DNA of 64,000 nt from Paramecium tetraurelia (GCA_000165425.1 CT868009.1:1-64000); one strand, 5' to 3'. Positions 1 through 14,201 are shown, numbered from the stretch's first letter. The notes: generated by a model not told the origin, from the sequence alone. Translations and numbers: made by a program.

Positions 1-525
1 TATGTGCTACATTTTTATTGTTTAGGTGCTGCATTAAAGAATTAAAATAAATATACGGAGGCAATTGAGTGTTACGAATAAGCTATTTCCATTATTCCTA
101 GTAATGATAGTGCATGGAATAATAAGGGTAACTAATGTGACATATTACTATTATTTAGGCTCTATCTTAAATGATCTAAATAAATATTTGGAGGCATTAG
201 AGTGTTACGACAAGGCTATTTCCATTAATCCTAAATGTGATATAGCATGGAGTAATAAAGGTAAATTATTTTATAATTAGGTTTTGCATTACATAATTTA
301 AAGAAATATCAAGATGCTGTCGATTGCTATGATAAAGCTCTGTCTATATGTATTAATCCTCTTCGTCTAAAAAGAAAAGGTACACCTATCTAAATTAATA
401 TATATATAGCTGATTCGCTATTTGAGTTGCAGTAGAAAGAAGAAGCTAAAAAGTTATATTAGGATGCTTTAAACAAAGGATCAAATGAGAGGGATTACAT
501 ACAAAGATAACTCGCCAAATTATGA
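1..525 (+). CDS. TPR-repeat protein, 3' part (5' end outside window)
   Basis: Ciliate-code exons 26-127, 159-260 (102 nt each), 281-379 and 410-525, with GT..AG introns 128-158, 261-280 and 380-409. Repeats such as YLEALECYDKAISINPKCDIAWSNKG. TGA at 523-525. Confidence 0.9.
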
Positions 526-544
526 AACACCTTATTTTAATAGA

Positions 545-1720
545 TCAAATCCTTAAGAATTAAATCTCTTCAGTTAAATTCTAAGAATTTTTCAAGTCAA
601 ATCAATTATTTTAGACCTCTTCTTTTAAAATTGATAGGGGAATTAGTTTGAAACAATGTTCATAAGCAAAGTCTGCTAAGGACAAGGGTATGGTATGTTG
701 TTAATTTTGTTAAATCAAAATTAATTACCTTTTGAGATCCAAGTAATGGCATTAAAATATTGTCCTTATTAAATTAAGCATTCCCCTTAAAAATGACATA
801 AACATATTCACCTTTTCATCGCAACGCATTAACATAGTTTGAATCATATTTTAGAACATTGTCTACCTATTATTCCGACTCTTCATATTTGTCGAGCATA
901 TATAAGCACTTAGCTAATATTTATATTAAAATCACCTTTGCAGTATAATGATTTAATGTGATTTGGATCAATTTGTAAAGCTTTATCTGCCCATTTTATA
1001 GCTTCTGCAAATTGGCCAAGTGATTTTAAAGTTAATGCTAAATTTAATGATGATCAATAACATTTCATAGATAATGCAGATAAATTTTCAGCATTCAAAA
1101 CCTAAGATTAATTTAACATCTTAATTGTTGATTCTAACATTTCTTTCTCATTTAAAATGCCTTGTTATTTGCCTAATTAAATTAAAGTCTACCTCCAATT
1201 CCATTCATTTCCAACTATTTGTTATTGTTTTCATTTTATAAACGAAAATTCAAATCTTCTATTCTCAACTTAACAATCAGTTTGATTAAATCATTTTACA
1301 ACTTTTTGACACGGTTAGTTATAGAATACTATGCTTATACTTTAAATTCTTAGAAATATATCATTTCACCAATTGCTACGTTTAATTATTAAACGTTCAT
1401 TCTTACTCTTTCTTTGTTTAGTATAAATTTCAAATTAATCCCTTACTTGAATTTTTCGAATGAGTGAAAGATTGACTCAAATTACTCTGAAATATTATCC
1501 AATAATTTCAGACAATCCTACTCTTAATTACTTAGTTGTTCATTAAATTGAGGCATGTCAATCCATGATTCTAAATGAGCATTTTGAAATTTATTTTAAA
1601 CACATTTCATAAAACAATAATATCAAATCTTTACAAAACTCCTTTAAGCATATCATTTTAATGTTATATTCATGCTCACTATTTTTGGCATTTTATCTCT
1701 AAACATTTCCCTTTACTCAT
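545..1720 (-). pseudogene. Disrupted Cys/His (B-box-like)-coiled-coil-TPR gene
   Basis: ATG at 1718-1720 is followed by frameshifts in the Cys/His N-terminus. TPR exons 936-1037 and 812-913 are 102 nt (FAEAIKWADKALQIDPNHIKSLYCK). There is an in-frame TGA at 816-818 inside a TPR exon, and the 3' end is degenerate (end coordinate approximate). Confidence 0.7.
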
Positions 1721-1973
1721 TTTATTATATAAAAATTTTATATTAACCTAGAAAACATTTTATAAACTCTATTATATAGATGAATATTATTGTTATATTC
1801 AATATAAAAATTAACAAAACCAATCTCAAAAAATTATGGATTTAACAAATATGTAAATAACTATTTATTAGGCTTGTCTGTGGATAATCAAAGAAAATAC
1901 AGATCTAACAATATTGACACAGTAAAATAACTTAATCCTTATTTAAACATAAACAATTAGATTTATAGAATAC

Positions 1974-4262
1974 TCATATAATTACATTTGCAACTTTTTC
2001 TATAAATCTTTTAGCATAATCATCTGGATTTTGAGCAGAAGTATCTAAGGCAATATTTACATGAATAGCCTTTTTAGTGTGCTTTTCGATGATTTTTTAT
2101 GCATTCCACTCTTATAAGTAATCAATTATGGCTATGTGATAAAAAATTCCTTTTTCAACCGCATTTATGCATGGTATACATTACAGATCACATGAGAAAT
2201 AATTAGGAATCTAAGAAATATGAAATTAGTTTTACATCTGCTTCTTTAATATGTGAGTTATTCTAGCTATATGAATACCAATCCATTTTAATAATCAGGA
2301 GGGAATAATCCATCAACTTGATTCTGCTAAAAAAGTTGGCGTCATTAATTAAACATTTTCTCAATCTTTCTCTATGTTGTTAAGGTATATGCAGTTATTA
2401 TTCTAAATTCTGGAAATCAATGTCTTTTAACGTAATTTTCTTTAATTCAATATCATTAGTTTTTTTGTTTTTCTTTAAGACTTATCTTGAGTGTTCAGAT
2501 CCTTTGATATCATAAGTTCTGACTCTGTAGATGGAAGGTATTTACATAGCATTTCTCATCACGACTACATTGATCGATTCTTCAACCTAAATTATTGAAT
2601 AAATATAATACGTTTTATCTGAATAACTTGTAAATGCCATAGATTGGCGAAATAACTGTTTCATTTTCACTTAAATGAAGGAAGTAAGGTATCAGATTTT
2701 TTCTAATAACAGCTAATTCTTAATCAGACAATGTTTTGATGATTAATTTGTTATCATGAGTGAAAAAGAAGAAAGCACCCCCTTTGCCTCCATCTGGTCC
2801 TTTGAATTACTTAATTTGATCTTAATTGGCAACGAGATCAAATGATTTGAAATGATTAATCATTTTTATATCCCTCTCTCTGATCTTCTGGAATATGGCT
2901 GGAGCATAAACAGTAAATGTTGATTGTAACAATTTTAATTCAACTGTGCTTTCATTCTGAGACCCTTTGTTATCTATTTCGTAGAGGATTTCTTCAATAA
3001 AATCATCAGTATCTAAATTGTAATTAGATTTCAATTTAGCATTATCATTATTCGAAACTGAGTCATTTGAGAATTTATAATCTGTATATCTTCTAAGAAT
3101 ATTAATTTGATCAAATTCATCTTGTACAGATATTTCTGCCTTTACATCTGATTTGCAAACAGCTCTTATGCCAAAAATGATTGTATTGACTTAATCAAAT
3201 TTAAGATTTTAATGGATAGTATCGTAAAAGTTAGCATCGTCATCCACTAGAAGAATAGTTAATAATATTACATAATTCACTTTAGACATTGTCCCTCCTC
3301 CAAACTTTCCTCCACAATCTTTTGACTTGATCTTTAATAGTTGGATCATTGTATCTTAAAATGGATAATACTATTGGAGTGCATAATTTGGCTGAATTGC
3401 CTATAGTTATAAAAATCAGGAGAAATCCTTCATGAAAATATGAGCAATTGAAGCCTGCAATTGTAAAGGATACTGCCTCGCATGTCCATATAATACATGA
3501 CCCTTTGATATAACGATAGTAATATTTTGCAAAAGTATCCTTGATTTCTCTGTATTTCTCATCATCAGGAATGGCTTTATTGAAGTACCATATTGTATAC
3601 AATGAAATGAGAGTGTATAAAAATACCAGTACGATACCAGCCAACGGAAACCCAGGATGATATTTGAAACTGCAGGTGCCAAATATTGAAAGACCATTGT
3701 TATTAGTAAACTTAGCTAAGAGTGGAATTGAAATCATTGCTAACCATGCCAATGAATGCAGTATCGTAGGCAATTTGGGTATTACTTTGAATTGAGTTTT
3801 TAGAGTTAATCGAATGTAAATGCAAAACACTACATTATAAGATACTTCTCCTGTTCCAGCGAATATACTAAACATCGAATTGATCTGACAGAATAAACCT
3901 GAACTCAAAGGATTCTAACCATATGTAGTGTAGTAACAAGCAGTCACAAACCAATGTATACATAATATTGCATCAGACAGAGATATAAAGAAAACTATAT
4001 CCCCAGGCATTTTCCTTGTATTCGGATACTTGATAAAGCTGTAGGTGATGAATATAGTGCACATAAAGGCTAATGGGGCTAAATGATGATAAAATTTTCA
4101 AATACAAACTATAAGAAATATATATTGATCTAAGGGTTGCACTTTAATCTTTTCAGACAGTTCCTAATCAGTCAAATTATCGTAACAATAAAACACATCA
4201 TCATCACTATAAATCCCTAAGGCTGAGCTCAATAATAAAAAGTAGATTATCAATTTTATCAT
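1974..4262 (-). CDS. GPCR-PIPK: signal peptide + 7TM receptor-like domain fused to phosphatidylinositol phosphate kinase (RpkA-like)
   Basis: The MIKLIIYFLLLSSALG leader is followed by several TM helices (FISLSDAILCIHWF, FCQINSMF, YNVVFCIYI). PIPK motifs follow: GGKGGAFFFFTHD..IIKT, DLKGSEHSR, LKDIDF, MDYSLL, IIDYLQEW and SAQNPDDYAKRF. TGA at 1974-1976. Confidence 0.9.
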
Positions 4263-4590
4263 AAATATTATTATTAATACATAATCTTAATCTATCTCTA
4301 TTACTTACCAAATTTTATGATGATCTCCACTTCAATCTCTATAGAAAATTATCATATATCTAATATCTCTCAAATATCACAATAATTTAATAAAGTAGAT
4401 ACTATTTTAATGAATATTACTGATGGATATTCAGACAAGTTATTCAAATTTCTATAAAAATCAATTATGTAGAATGTATATTCTTGATTTCGAAATCTAT
4501 ATAATTTATAGTACATTAAATCTCTTAATTTAATCAAAAACCCACAATTATTTATCATTTTTCACCAAATCTAATCAGAAAACAAATTAG

Positions 4591-5906
4591 ATGAAAGAAT
4601 TATTTCTTTGTATAAAGGATAAGCAGGAATCGAATTAGGAAATAATTGTTGGGAACTATTTGTTTTAGAACATCGGATTTAAGTAGATGGGTATAGTATA
4701 TAAGTTAAGAAATTGGGAATTATCGATGATGCATTTCAGAATTTCTTTTCAGAAACTGGAAATAACAAACACTCCCAAAGATCTTTATTTATTGATTTAG
4801 ATAGGAATACTATTGATGAATTGAAAAGAAGCCAATTTAGAGAATTATTTAGACCTTAATAAATGATTTTAGGAAAGGATAGTGCTATAGACATTTATGC
4901 AGGAGGCTACTATGGAGTTGGAAAAAAATATTATAGATGCCGGTATGGATCGAATTAGATAATTTAAGGAAGATTGCATGGGTTTTTAGGGATTTATAAT
5001 ATTTCATTCTGTTGGAGGAGGTACTAACTCTGGATTTGCATATTTATTATTGGAAGCAATACGCAATACACGAAGAATTTGGTAAGCAATCAATCAATAG
5101 CGTTGCTACTTTTCCATCTCCTTAAATTGAATCATCTATAATTGAACCATACAATACATATTGTGTGAAAGTGCATTAAATGATCATAACGATGTCTTTA
5201 TCTTATTAGATAATGAGGCCATCTATGATATTTGCAATAGGCATTTGGAGACAGAAAGGTGTTCTTATACAAATTTAAATGGAATTATAGCTTAGGAATG
5301 TTCAACTTTAACACTTTCATTAGGATTTGATGGATAGTTGAATTTATAGTTGGATGATTGTCAGACAAATTTAGTTCCTAAAATTCCTTTTATGCTTTAG
5401 AAAAATAATAAATCATTAAATCAAATGTATCATCATATGCATCAATTGTTGCAATTTCAAAAATCGTGACATCTCTTTTTTTCAACCTTAGAACATAATG
5501 GTTAAATGTGATACAAATCATGGAAAATATATGGCAAGTCCATCTGTATTATAGAGGGGAAATAATACCAAAAGAAGTTAATGCTGCACTTGCATAAATA
5601 AGATTTATTAAATAAGTATATGTAATATTAGATTGGTGTACTAAAGGATTTAAATTAGATATTAATTATAACCTCCTGCCAGCATATATGATCTCGAATA
5701 AAACTGCAATAGAAGAAGTTTTTGCAAGAATAGATTATAAGTTTGATCTCATGTATTCCAAAAAGGTGCTCATTTATTGGTTCATATAAGAGGGAATGGA
5801 AGAGGGAGAGTTCATTGAAGCAAGAGAAAATATTTCAGCTCTTGGAAGGATTATTTTTTTTCGAGTGAAGCAGCTGAAAGAGACGGAGAGTACTTTGAAG
5901 GACTGA
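4591..5906 (+). pseudogene. Divergent alpha-tubulin-like pseudogene
   Basis: Recognisable blocks GQAGIELGNNCWELFVLEH, FFSETGNNKH, FHSVGGGTNSG, IEPYN, LDNEAIYDIC, KFDLMYSKK and EGMEEGEFIEARE lie in shifting frames. At least 4 frameshifts are present, including a 7-bp tandem duplication GCAATAC at 5056-5069. Confidence 0.85.
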
Positions 5907-6637
5907 GTATATATAAAAATTAAATCTTATGATAAAGAGACTAATTTCAAATAGATCTTCTCTTTTTGTTCAGAGGTCATAGAGATATCAAAATCGCAGG
6001 CATCTTTATAAAGGAAAATGCTTCATAATAAGAAGTTCATATAATTATTTCCAATTTATAATTTCCAATTGAATTAATATTCATAATGTATCTAAAGTTA
6101 TTATTATAGAAGCAAGTAAACAATAATAGCAGATATATCATATCAAGCAAATTTAACTTTATAATTGATTGAATTTTGAAAATTTACTACTTCTTATTTA
6201 TAATTAAATTCTTGCTTGTTTACTAACAATATTTTATGATCTAAAAGATGATAAAATATTGAAATCTTCCAATCATATTATTTTGCTCTTTCTATGATTT
6301 TCCATACTTCAACATTCTGCTCTTCATAGATTATATCCCGTATTTTTGGATGGGAATTGTATAAAAAAATTTCCACAAAACAATTGGATATCTGTATAAA
6401 AAGACCAATATTCTAGATTAGTATTGATTTCAATACTATATGGGTGGTTGATTAGCAATAATAATGACAGATTATATACACCATTAATTAATAATTTATA
6501 GATTCTATGATATTGATTATTGTAATTGTCAACTAATCATCAGTTCATTCTGTCAGAAATCAATATATTCATTTATCTAACATATTTATATGCGATTTCA
6601 TTAATAAAACAGTTATTTATTATAATACAAAATTTGT

Positions 6638-9600
6638 ATGTAAAATATATTATTCGGTGGAGCACAAAAAGCAGCTAATGGAATAGTTGATGAGTTCTCT
6701 AAAAGACCTTCTAGAGCGCTGAGTTTAAGAGTTCACAATTAAAAAGGAGAAAAAAAAGGATAAAAAAAAGCGAAGTTCACTTTTAAACCCGATTTGCCTT
6801 TAGAGTAGTAATTTGCTCAGTTAGAAGTATATTGAGGTTAATTTGTTAGATATATGCATTACAGCACAATCGAAGAAGACTGTAGATAAAAGGATTCAAA
6901 GGTACATTTAAGATTGAGAACTGGATTAATATAGAAACTAAGTTAAGAAATATGTAGGGATTGAAAGCAATCGGATTTATAGATACATAGTTAGATAAAG
7001 TTCATTTGGATGTATTAAGCAGATGGCTTTCCTGGGTGGATCCATAAAAATTAATTATTGAATTATAACAGAATGAGCTTGATAATGAAGATGTTGCTGA
7101 ATTCCTTTACTTTTTATTTGAAAGAAACATTGATGTCAGAAGTGTAAACATATAATATATGTTAGATATATATAATGGGCAACCCTGGAATTTATAAAGG
7201 AGTCTTACTAAAAGAATTGAACGATTATTTATTTAAAAAGTTCGAGAAGAACATGATACATTATTATAAATTGATTAAGAATAAATAAGCTCTTTCGGTC
7301 GCGATCATCAGGTTGTTGAGGAGGAAAAATGATGAAGCAAAAAGTAAAAGAATACACAGAGCTGAAGTTAAAATAGATTAAACCCAATATTATAAACTTT
7401 AATTGAAAAACTGTTTTACAGATAAGAATTGGAAAGGCTTTTAAGATCTTATACAAACAACATATAAAGAGGATAATCTAGAACAATTAACATATTTAGA
7501 TATTAGTAACAATTTTTTAGGCACTCAGAATGCTTTTAATAACATGTGTACCTCAATGTCTTCTGCCAAAGGTTTACTGGTCCTAAAAATTGCTAATTAA
7601 CCCTTGATTCATAATTCTTAAACTATTGAATTATTGATGGGGAATAGGTACGACAATCTAAAGCTAAGAGAATTCGACATCTCTGATAATAAGGATATGT
7701 TGGAGAAAACTTTCAAAGCCCTTTCAGATAACATTTTCAAATTTTGCAAGATTATTACATTTACAGGGAGTATGCCTTAATAATTGTCAACATTATTTAA
7801 AATGTTTGTTCTGACTGAAGCATTTGCAGACAAAACTAAAGAAAGTAAATAAATCTATAGAGAAAGTAATTTATTCAATTTATTCAAATAGAAAAATATT
7901 TCAGAAAAGATTATTTATAAATTTTAGATTTAAGTAGTATTGAGAATTACAATCGTCATGATTTAGTCGAGAAACTACTCCTAAATACAGTATTCACAGA
8001 ATTTACCAATATAAGAACACTACGTAAAATAAATATGTATCATTTCAGATGTGTAAAATTTTGATGTTGGAAGGTGTTAAGGATATGTCAAAGCCAAAAA
8101 GAAATTTCTAACATACATGGAGAAGAAGAAATAAGATGATACTTTCTTTAAAAATTATAAGCATCCTTTGAAGCATATTGTTTATCCTAAACAAACATAT
8201 AGAATGGAAATATAAACAAAAAAAGAATTCTTTTTAGAATATCTATTTACAGAAAAAGGTAGCATTATAGAAATTGAAACAATCATAATCCAATCAAGCA
8301 CATTTAGGTAAGCAAATAGAGCTGAGGGATTATAGGAGGCATGTGCTTTAGTTATAGAAAAAACAAATGCCAATGCAGATGTTCGATATTCAATTAAAAA
8401 AATATCAATGGATGATAGTGATTACCAAATGAATTACCAGACTTTATAATGTTTTTTGTGTTTGGCTTCAGTACAATTGGAAGAATTTAGTTATTCTAAT
8501 GACTCTATGACATTTGAATGGGATGTTTGGTATCAAGAAATGAAATCTTATTGTACCAAGCTTCAAACTGATTAATTTCATAGTTTGAAAACACTAAAAC
8601 TTCAAAACATTTCAGATATGTATATAGAAATCAATTAATTTATCGAACTGCTTGTTTTTAATCCAAAAATATAACTTAAAGAACTCGTAATGATTGATGT
8701 TTACACCAGCAATATTTAAGAGAATTATGAATCTTTGAAAAGCATAGTTGATTAGAGTGGAAAGGTTACACTTGAAAAGTTAGCACTGGGAGAACTTCAA
8801 GCAGGTTAAGGAGAAGAAATGATATTTGAATAAGTTATTTTTAACAAAAGAGTTCAACTAAAAAGCTTAGTATTAAAAAATGTAAAGCTTCAATAATTTT
8901 TAAATAAAATAGAAAAATTAGTAGAAGAAAATATACATGACAATCCACTGTAATTTTTGACTTATTTAGAGATTGATAAAATTAACATATAGTAAAAGGA
9001 AGATTGGAGAAAAGTGATTCAAATTTTTATAATTAATTAAAGACTGTCACTCTAACTTTTGAAAATAAAGAATACAGTATTAAATTAATAATTCTCTGAA
9101 ATACTAAATTAATTACTTTTTCCGTTTGAGTAAGAATTATTTAACATAATTAAGTCAAAAAAAGAAACAGCAGGAATGGTGATAGATTTAAATGAACAAA
9201 ATATGCTGTCATAAATTTAAAATGAAAGTATAGGGTTACCATTTGTTTTGTATGAATTGAATTATGAAAATTGTACAATCTAAGACGATGTCTTGAGCGG
9301 ATTCTTAGTCATTTGTGAACTGAAGAATCTCTCATTCATCAATTGTCAAGATTTAAAGATTGGAATCAAAAAGAGTATGGAAATAATCAAACGCTTAGAA
9401 TTAGATCAATATTATTCATACAAAATTAAGTCTTTCTCCTGTGAAAGAACTGAAATACAGGATGTTGAAACTTTTCAATCATTGATTAAAGAGATAGCAT
9501 TAAACTCAAATAGATAATTATTAGAAATGCTCAATTTAGACAGCTGCGCTTTGAATGATGAAATGATGCAAGCATTATCCAAATAACTTATGGCCATAAA

Positions 9601-12600
9601 GGAAGAACAGAAATTATATAATAGAGTCTTCCTCCTTAGAGATCTAAATTTAAATAATAATAATAAAATTTCGGTAAGCTCTTGGCAATAACTTTGGGAT
9701 GTTATATTGAACGAAAGCAAATTAGAAAAAAAGGAAGAAGCGCATATGGAACAATCAATAACTGTAGTTAACCCATCATTCTTATTAAGTACTTTTGAAA
9801 AGGAAAAAGAAAATATTATAAATGAGACCTAAAAACTAATTGAAACCTCACAATTATTTTTAAAAGAAAAGATACTATATAATTATAAGAAATTCACTCC
9901 TTAATTCCCAAAACAAATAACAAGTTTAGTTATCAGAATGGATTTCAAAACTCTCAATGATAATGAATTAAAATATGAATATTATCGATTGATTGTTGGC
10001 TTTATAATTCATCCTGAAAGTGAATTAAAAACTTTAGAACTAGAATCCCTAAATATGATTGTCTTCATTAAGGCTTGTATTGAAGCTTTTGAATTCTCTA
10101 AATATTATTTAGAATCAGCATTGAAATAATCTAAACATGATCATAAAAGTTAGATAAAATCTGTAACCATTAAATCATTAACAGCAAATGATGCAGAAAG
10201 TACTGAGAAATTCATTTAAATATTTCTTTGTTCTACCCATATTGAATTAAGTAAACTATCTGTATTTGGATGTACTTAGCCTATTTTACATTTAATTCTA
10301 AAAAACATTGACAGAAAAGAGGTTTACCAATTAGAAGAATTATCTCTTCCAGATCTCGAAGAAACTTTAGATTTAGAAGATACAATAAATTATTGTTAAT
10401 GGTTAGTATTTGGTTAGAGAATGCCTATAAAAAAACTAAGCAGTTGTCCAAATTTAGCAGATATGAATTAAGAATAATTTAATCAATTCAATCTTTCGAA
10501 AGTCAAAGTAGAGTCTATAAATTTAAAATATAAATAAGATACTTCTAGCAATGTTAAATAATACAGTCTTCTTTTAGCTAAATTAATTTTAAATGGGTTG
10601 TAAGAAATAACAATTGATAAGTCTGATACCACTTCAATTATTGTTGAAACCTTCAATAAAGTCAATAATTTAGATAATTTGAAGTTAAAAAAATTAATTT
10701 TTAAAGGAGATTTTAAGCTTAATAAAAACTTATTTGAAAAAATTTCTAAATTATTTGAGAAATTAGAATTTTTCTAGGTTTAGAAATTACTATTAGAGAA
10801 TGAATTTGAAATTTATGACATCTGCTAGCTAATGGATGTGCATAAAACTAAAAATCTTAAATTTGATATTAAATCAGTAACATGCAACAACCCAGGTGAA
10901 TTTTACAAGAAATTCCTTTTCAACCCAAATGTTGGTATAACAGAAATCATTCTAAAAGATCCTTAACTGTTGGAAAATAAATTTGATATCTATGAATTAG
11001 GATAAAAAATAAGATATTTCAATCTAAACATGGGTTTATTATACAATTCTAGTACATAGCTGAATGTCAATGCGCTTTAAATTATTAGCAAAATGCTGAT
11101 CTATAATGAATCAAGCAATTTAGAAGAGTTAGTCCTACATTAGTGCCATTTCAAATTAGCAGGAATAGAAGCACTATGCAAATATTCTAATAGCTTAAGA
11201 GAGAAGATCAAAAGTGACGGGAGAGAAAAAACTGCTTAATTGAAATTAAACAGAATTACACTCTATTATTCATTGTATATTGGTGATGATGGAGTCCAAA
11301 AATATGTTAATGATTTATTGTATTTTGAATACATCAATATAGAGAGATTTGAAGTATAAGTGACGAATTGGAATGATGCAATGACAAATAGCCTATGTTT
11401 GGCAGCATAAAATTGGTTTTAATTCTAAAAGGATAAGTAAAGATAATATTCAACAAAATATCCAATAAAATATATCGACATTGGAAGAAATGAATTTATT
11501 GAGGAACAAGAAACCTGGTCAAACTTTTTAAAGACGTTTGTTTTCACTGATAACACTCCTGATTTGGAAACCTTGAATATTCATTTTATGGCATTGAATG
11601 ATCTAAAAACAAGATATCTAATAGCAGAAGCACTCTAATTCTTCTCCAAGAAACCATCAAACTATAAATTTAATGTTAAGAAGGTTAATTTTTCTTAAAA
11701 CAATTCATTGACTCATCTAGGATGGTAAAATTTATTTAAAAACTTCTTCTTTCATCCAAAGGTTTACTTGGAAGAATTAAATATGATTAGTACGATGTTA
11801 GATAGTCAAATAAAGCTAGATGTCATAGCGTAAGTAATAAAAGAAAGAGCTCTTGATTCTCCTAATAAAAAAGTGCCACTTCACACATTCTTATGTTATA
11901 ATGTTAGTCTAAAAGATTATATTGCTGACTATTTATCTGAATAACCACAAAATTACTAAACTCCTTATGATATTCCTGTTGAAATAGAGTATAATAATAG
12001 TCTAAATTTTGGATATTTTGATGGAGTCCCAGAGGCATTTGGTGATATTTTATAAATGTTTTAAAGAATTCTCAAAACAAGGTAGAATATCGTATATATA
12101 AAAGACTGGAAACTCACTAGATCAAAATATTCACCTTATCATTTAAACATGTGTGATCATTATTTAAATATTCTAAATTAGTATTATACTACCAAAAAGA
12201 ATGATTTAATTGATATCTGCATTAGTTTGTAGTCTTTAGATAATTTTGCAAATTATTTTGGATACATAACTGAGTATCCAGGCTCACCTTACCCATATAA
12301 TTTATTATTTCAATAAAATTCTTTTAATTATTTTAAAGAGAAAAGTTGTAATATCTTTAAAATTAAGATTATCTAAACAGAATTTGCTGAATTAGAATAA
12401 ATTAACTAATTTCAAATTTTGAATATATGGAATCATGTAAAACATAGCAGCACTAGTATTGATTAGATTTAAGTTGAATATGATTTAAACGATGACCTTG
12501 TTGATGAAATGTTTAGGCAAGGCTTCGATGAAAGAGATATAATTTCTCTAATTAGATTGATTCCTCCTTCAAAAATTCGAATTTAGAACTCTCTTAGTAT

Positions 12601-14201
12601 TTAAGCCATAAAAGGAATATACTCTATTCTTTACGACACTTATTATTTTAAATATGCAATGATAAGTTATAGTTTTGATAACTTCCTCAATATTGGTATT
12701 GGTTACTCATTAAGAGAAGTATTTTATAACTATAAGGCTGTTGGACCCATTCGAAAATTCTTTAAAATCGCATTTTATAAGTTCTTTAACTTTTTTGTTA
12801 TACCCACAAAGAGATACATATTTAATGATGAAGTAAAACGATTAAACGATTATTTATCTTAACAAAAATTCTACTTTTTTATTATCGTCATTACAAACAT
12901 ATTATTTTTTGTGATAACTTTAGCTGGACCTTATTTGCTAACATATAAGTTATTAGATAGAGATGCTGTTTAATTAACGAAAAATTATATCTGCGCTAAT
13001 GGAACAAGCAAAGAAGCCTCATATTTATATTACTCATTTGCTTTCATTACACTTATAACTGAGGCAATACTATATTATAAAGTGGCTTAAATAGTTCCAA
13101 ATCACACTTAAAGAATTATTGTTAGTAAAATAACAAATGAAAAGGAGTAAAATGAGGAAAATTAATAGTAACCTGATGGGCAAATCCAAGAAAAACATAA
13201 TAATAAGGTACTCCCTTCAAGTGAAGAAGATGCAAGCATGCTTAAAAAGTAAAAGTAAACTCAAAACCAAAGCCAAAACTTTGACATGGGAAGACACAGC
13301 ATCTTATAAAAAATGGCTACTGCTGTTAATAAAAAGATTACTTAATATGCTGGTAAATTTACAACTGCAGTCACTGCATAAGCAGAAGAATTCACATAAT
13401 CAAAATGGGGGATCCTATTAAGTTATGGAATAACTTTATTATCTTCTTAATTATTCAAATTCGATCTATATAATGATGTTGTCTTCATTTTAAATGCCTA
13501 CAATTGTGAAGAATTTATAGTATTTATTTTAGCTCTTATTACAACTGCATTCTCATAAGGAATTTACATTTTACAATTCTTCTATCTAATAAGTGTCAGA
13601 GTAGTTTAAAACTAAAAAACGGCAAAATTGCTGTCAAGCAAATTTATTAATGATTTCTATGCTATCAGTTTTCTTGGTAGAAATGCAGCACTTTCAACTC
13701 TCCTAGATTCTTCTGCCCCGTTTAATGTTATTATTATTCCAAATACTCGAATAGGAAGATATTTTCTCCCTCATCATGCTGGAAAAGCAATGAGCAATTT
13801 AGTTAAATCCTATTTCTTTTAATTTTTATGCGAGGATTTACCTTAAACTTTATTATAAATGTATTTTGTTGTTAGTTAAGCCATTAGAAGAACAAAAGAG
13901 CTTTAAGTGTAAGTTTATATTTCGATTTGCACGGCTATCCTAACAGCCTTATTATCATTTTATAAGTAAATTATATGATTTATCACTTAGATTTTTATCA
14001 ATTAGACCCACAAATTTATTGTAAGAAAATTTTGATGAATTGTCATCCAAACTATCCAGTGGATATAATTAATTAATTTAAAATAACTTGCAGTAAGAGA
14101 ATGATTAGATTAAAACTTATATTGATTTATATAACACGGTTGATTATGAGATTGTCAATGTAGAGTAATCATAAGAGGAAAGACAATCATTATTGAATTG
14201 A
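6638..14201 (+). CDS. Giant (~2,500 aa) RNI-like leucine-rich-repeat protein with C-terminal multi-TM XK-like domain
   Basis: Long ciliate-code ORF with few tiny introns. LRR-like units include LTYLDISNNFLG, LEMLNLDSCALND, LRDLNLNNNNKI and LEELVLHQCHF. About 6 hydrophobic helices lie at 12860-14010, with FDLYNDVVF and FLCEDLPQTLLQMYF. TGA at 14199-14201. Confidence 0.8.

Noticed and set aside
816..818. In-frame TGA as selenocysteine or readthrough
   Set aside because: It is not in a redox motif, no SECIS was seen, and the gene has other lesions.
4591..5906. Retained IESs as the cause of the tubulin frameshifts
   Set aside because: The lesions seen are 1-7 bp indels or duplications, not TA-bounded insertions of 26 bp or more.
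5920..6600. Coding-like fragments between the tubulin relic and the LRR gene
   Set aside because: Short frames on both strands with no consistent gene model or motif; possibly a decayed gene.
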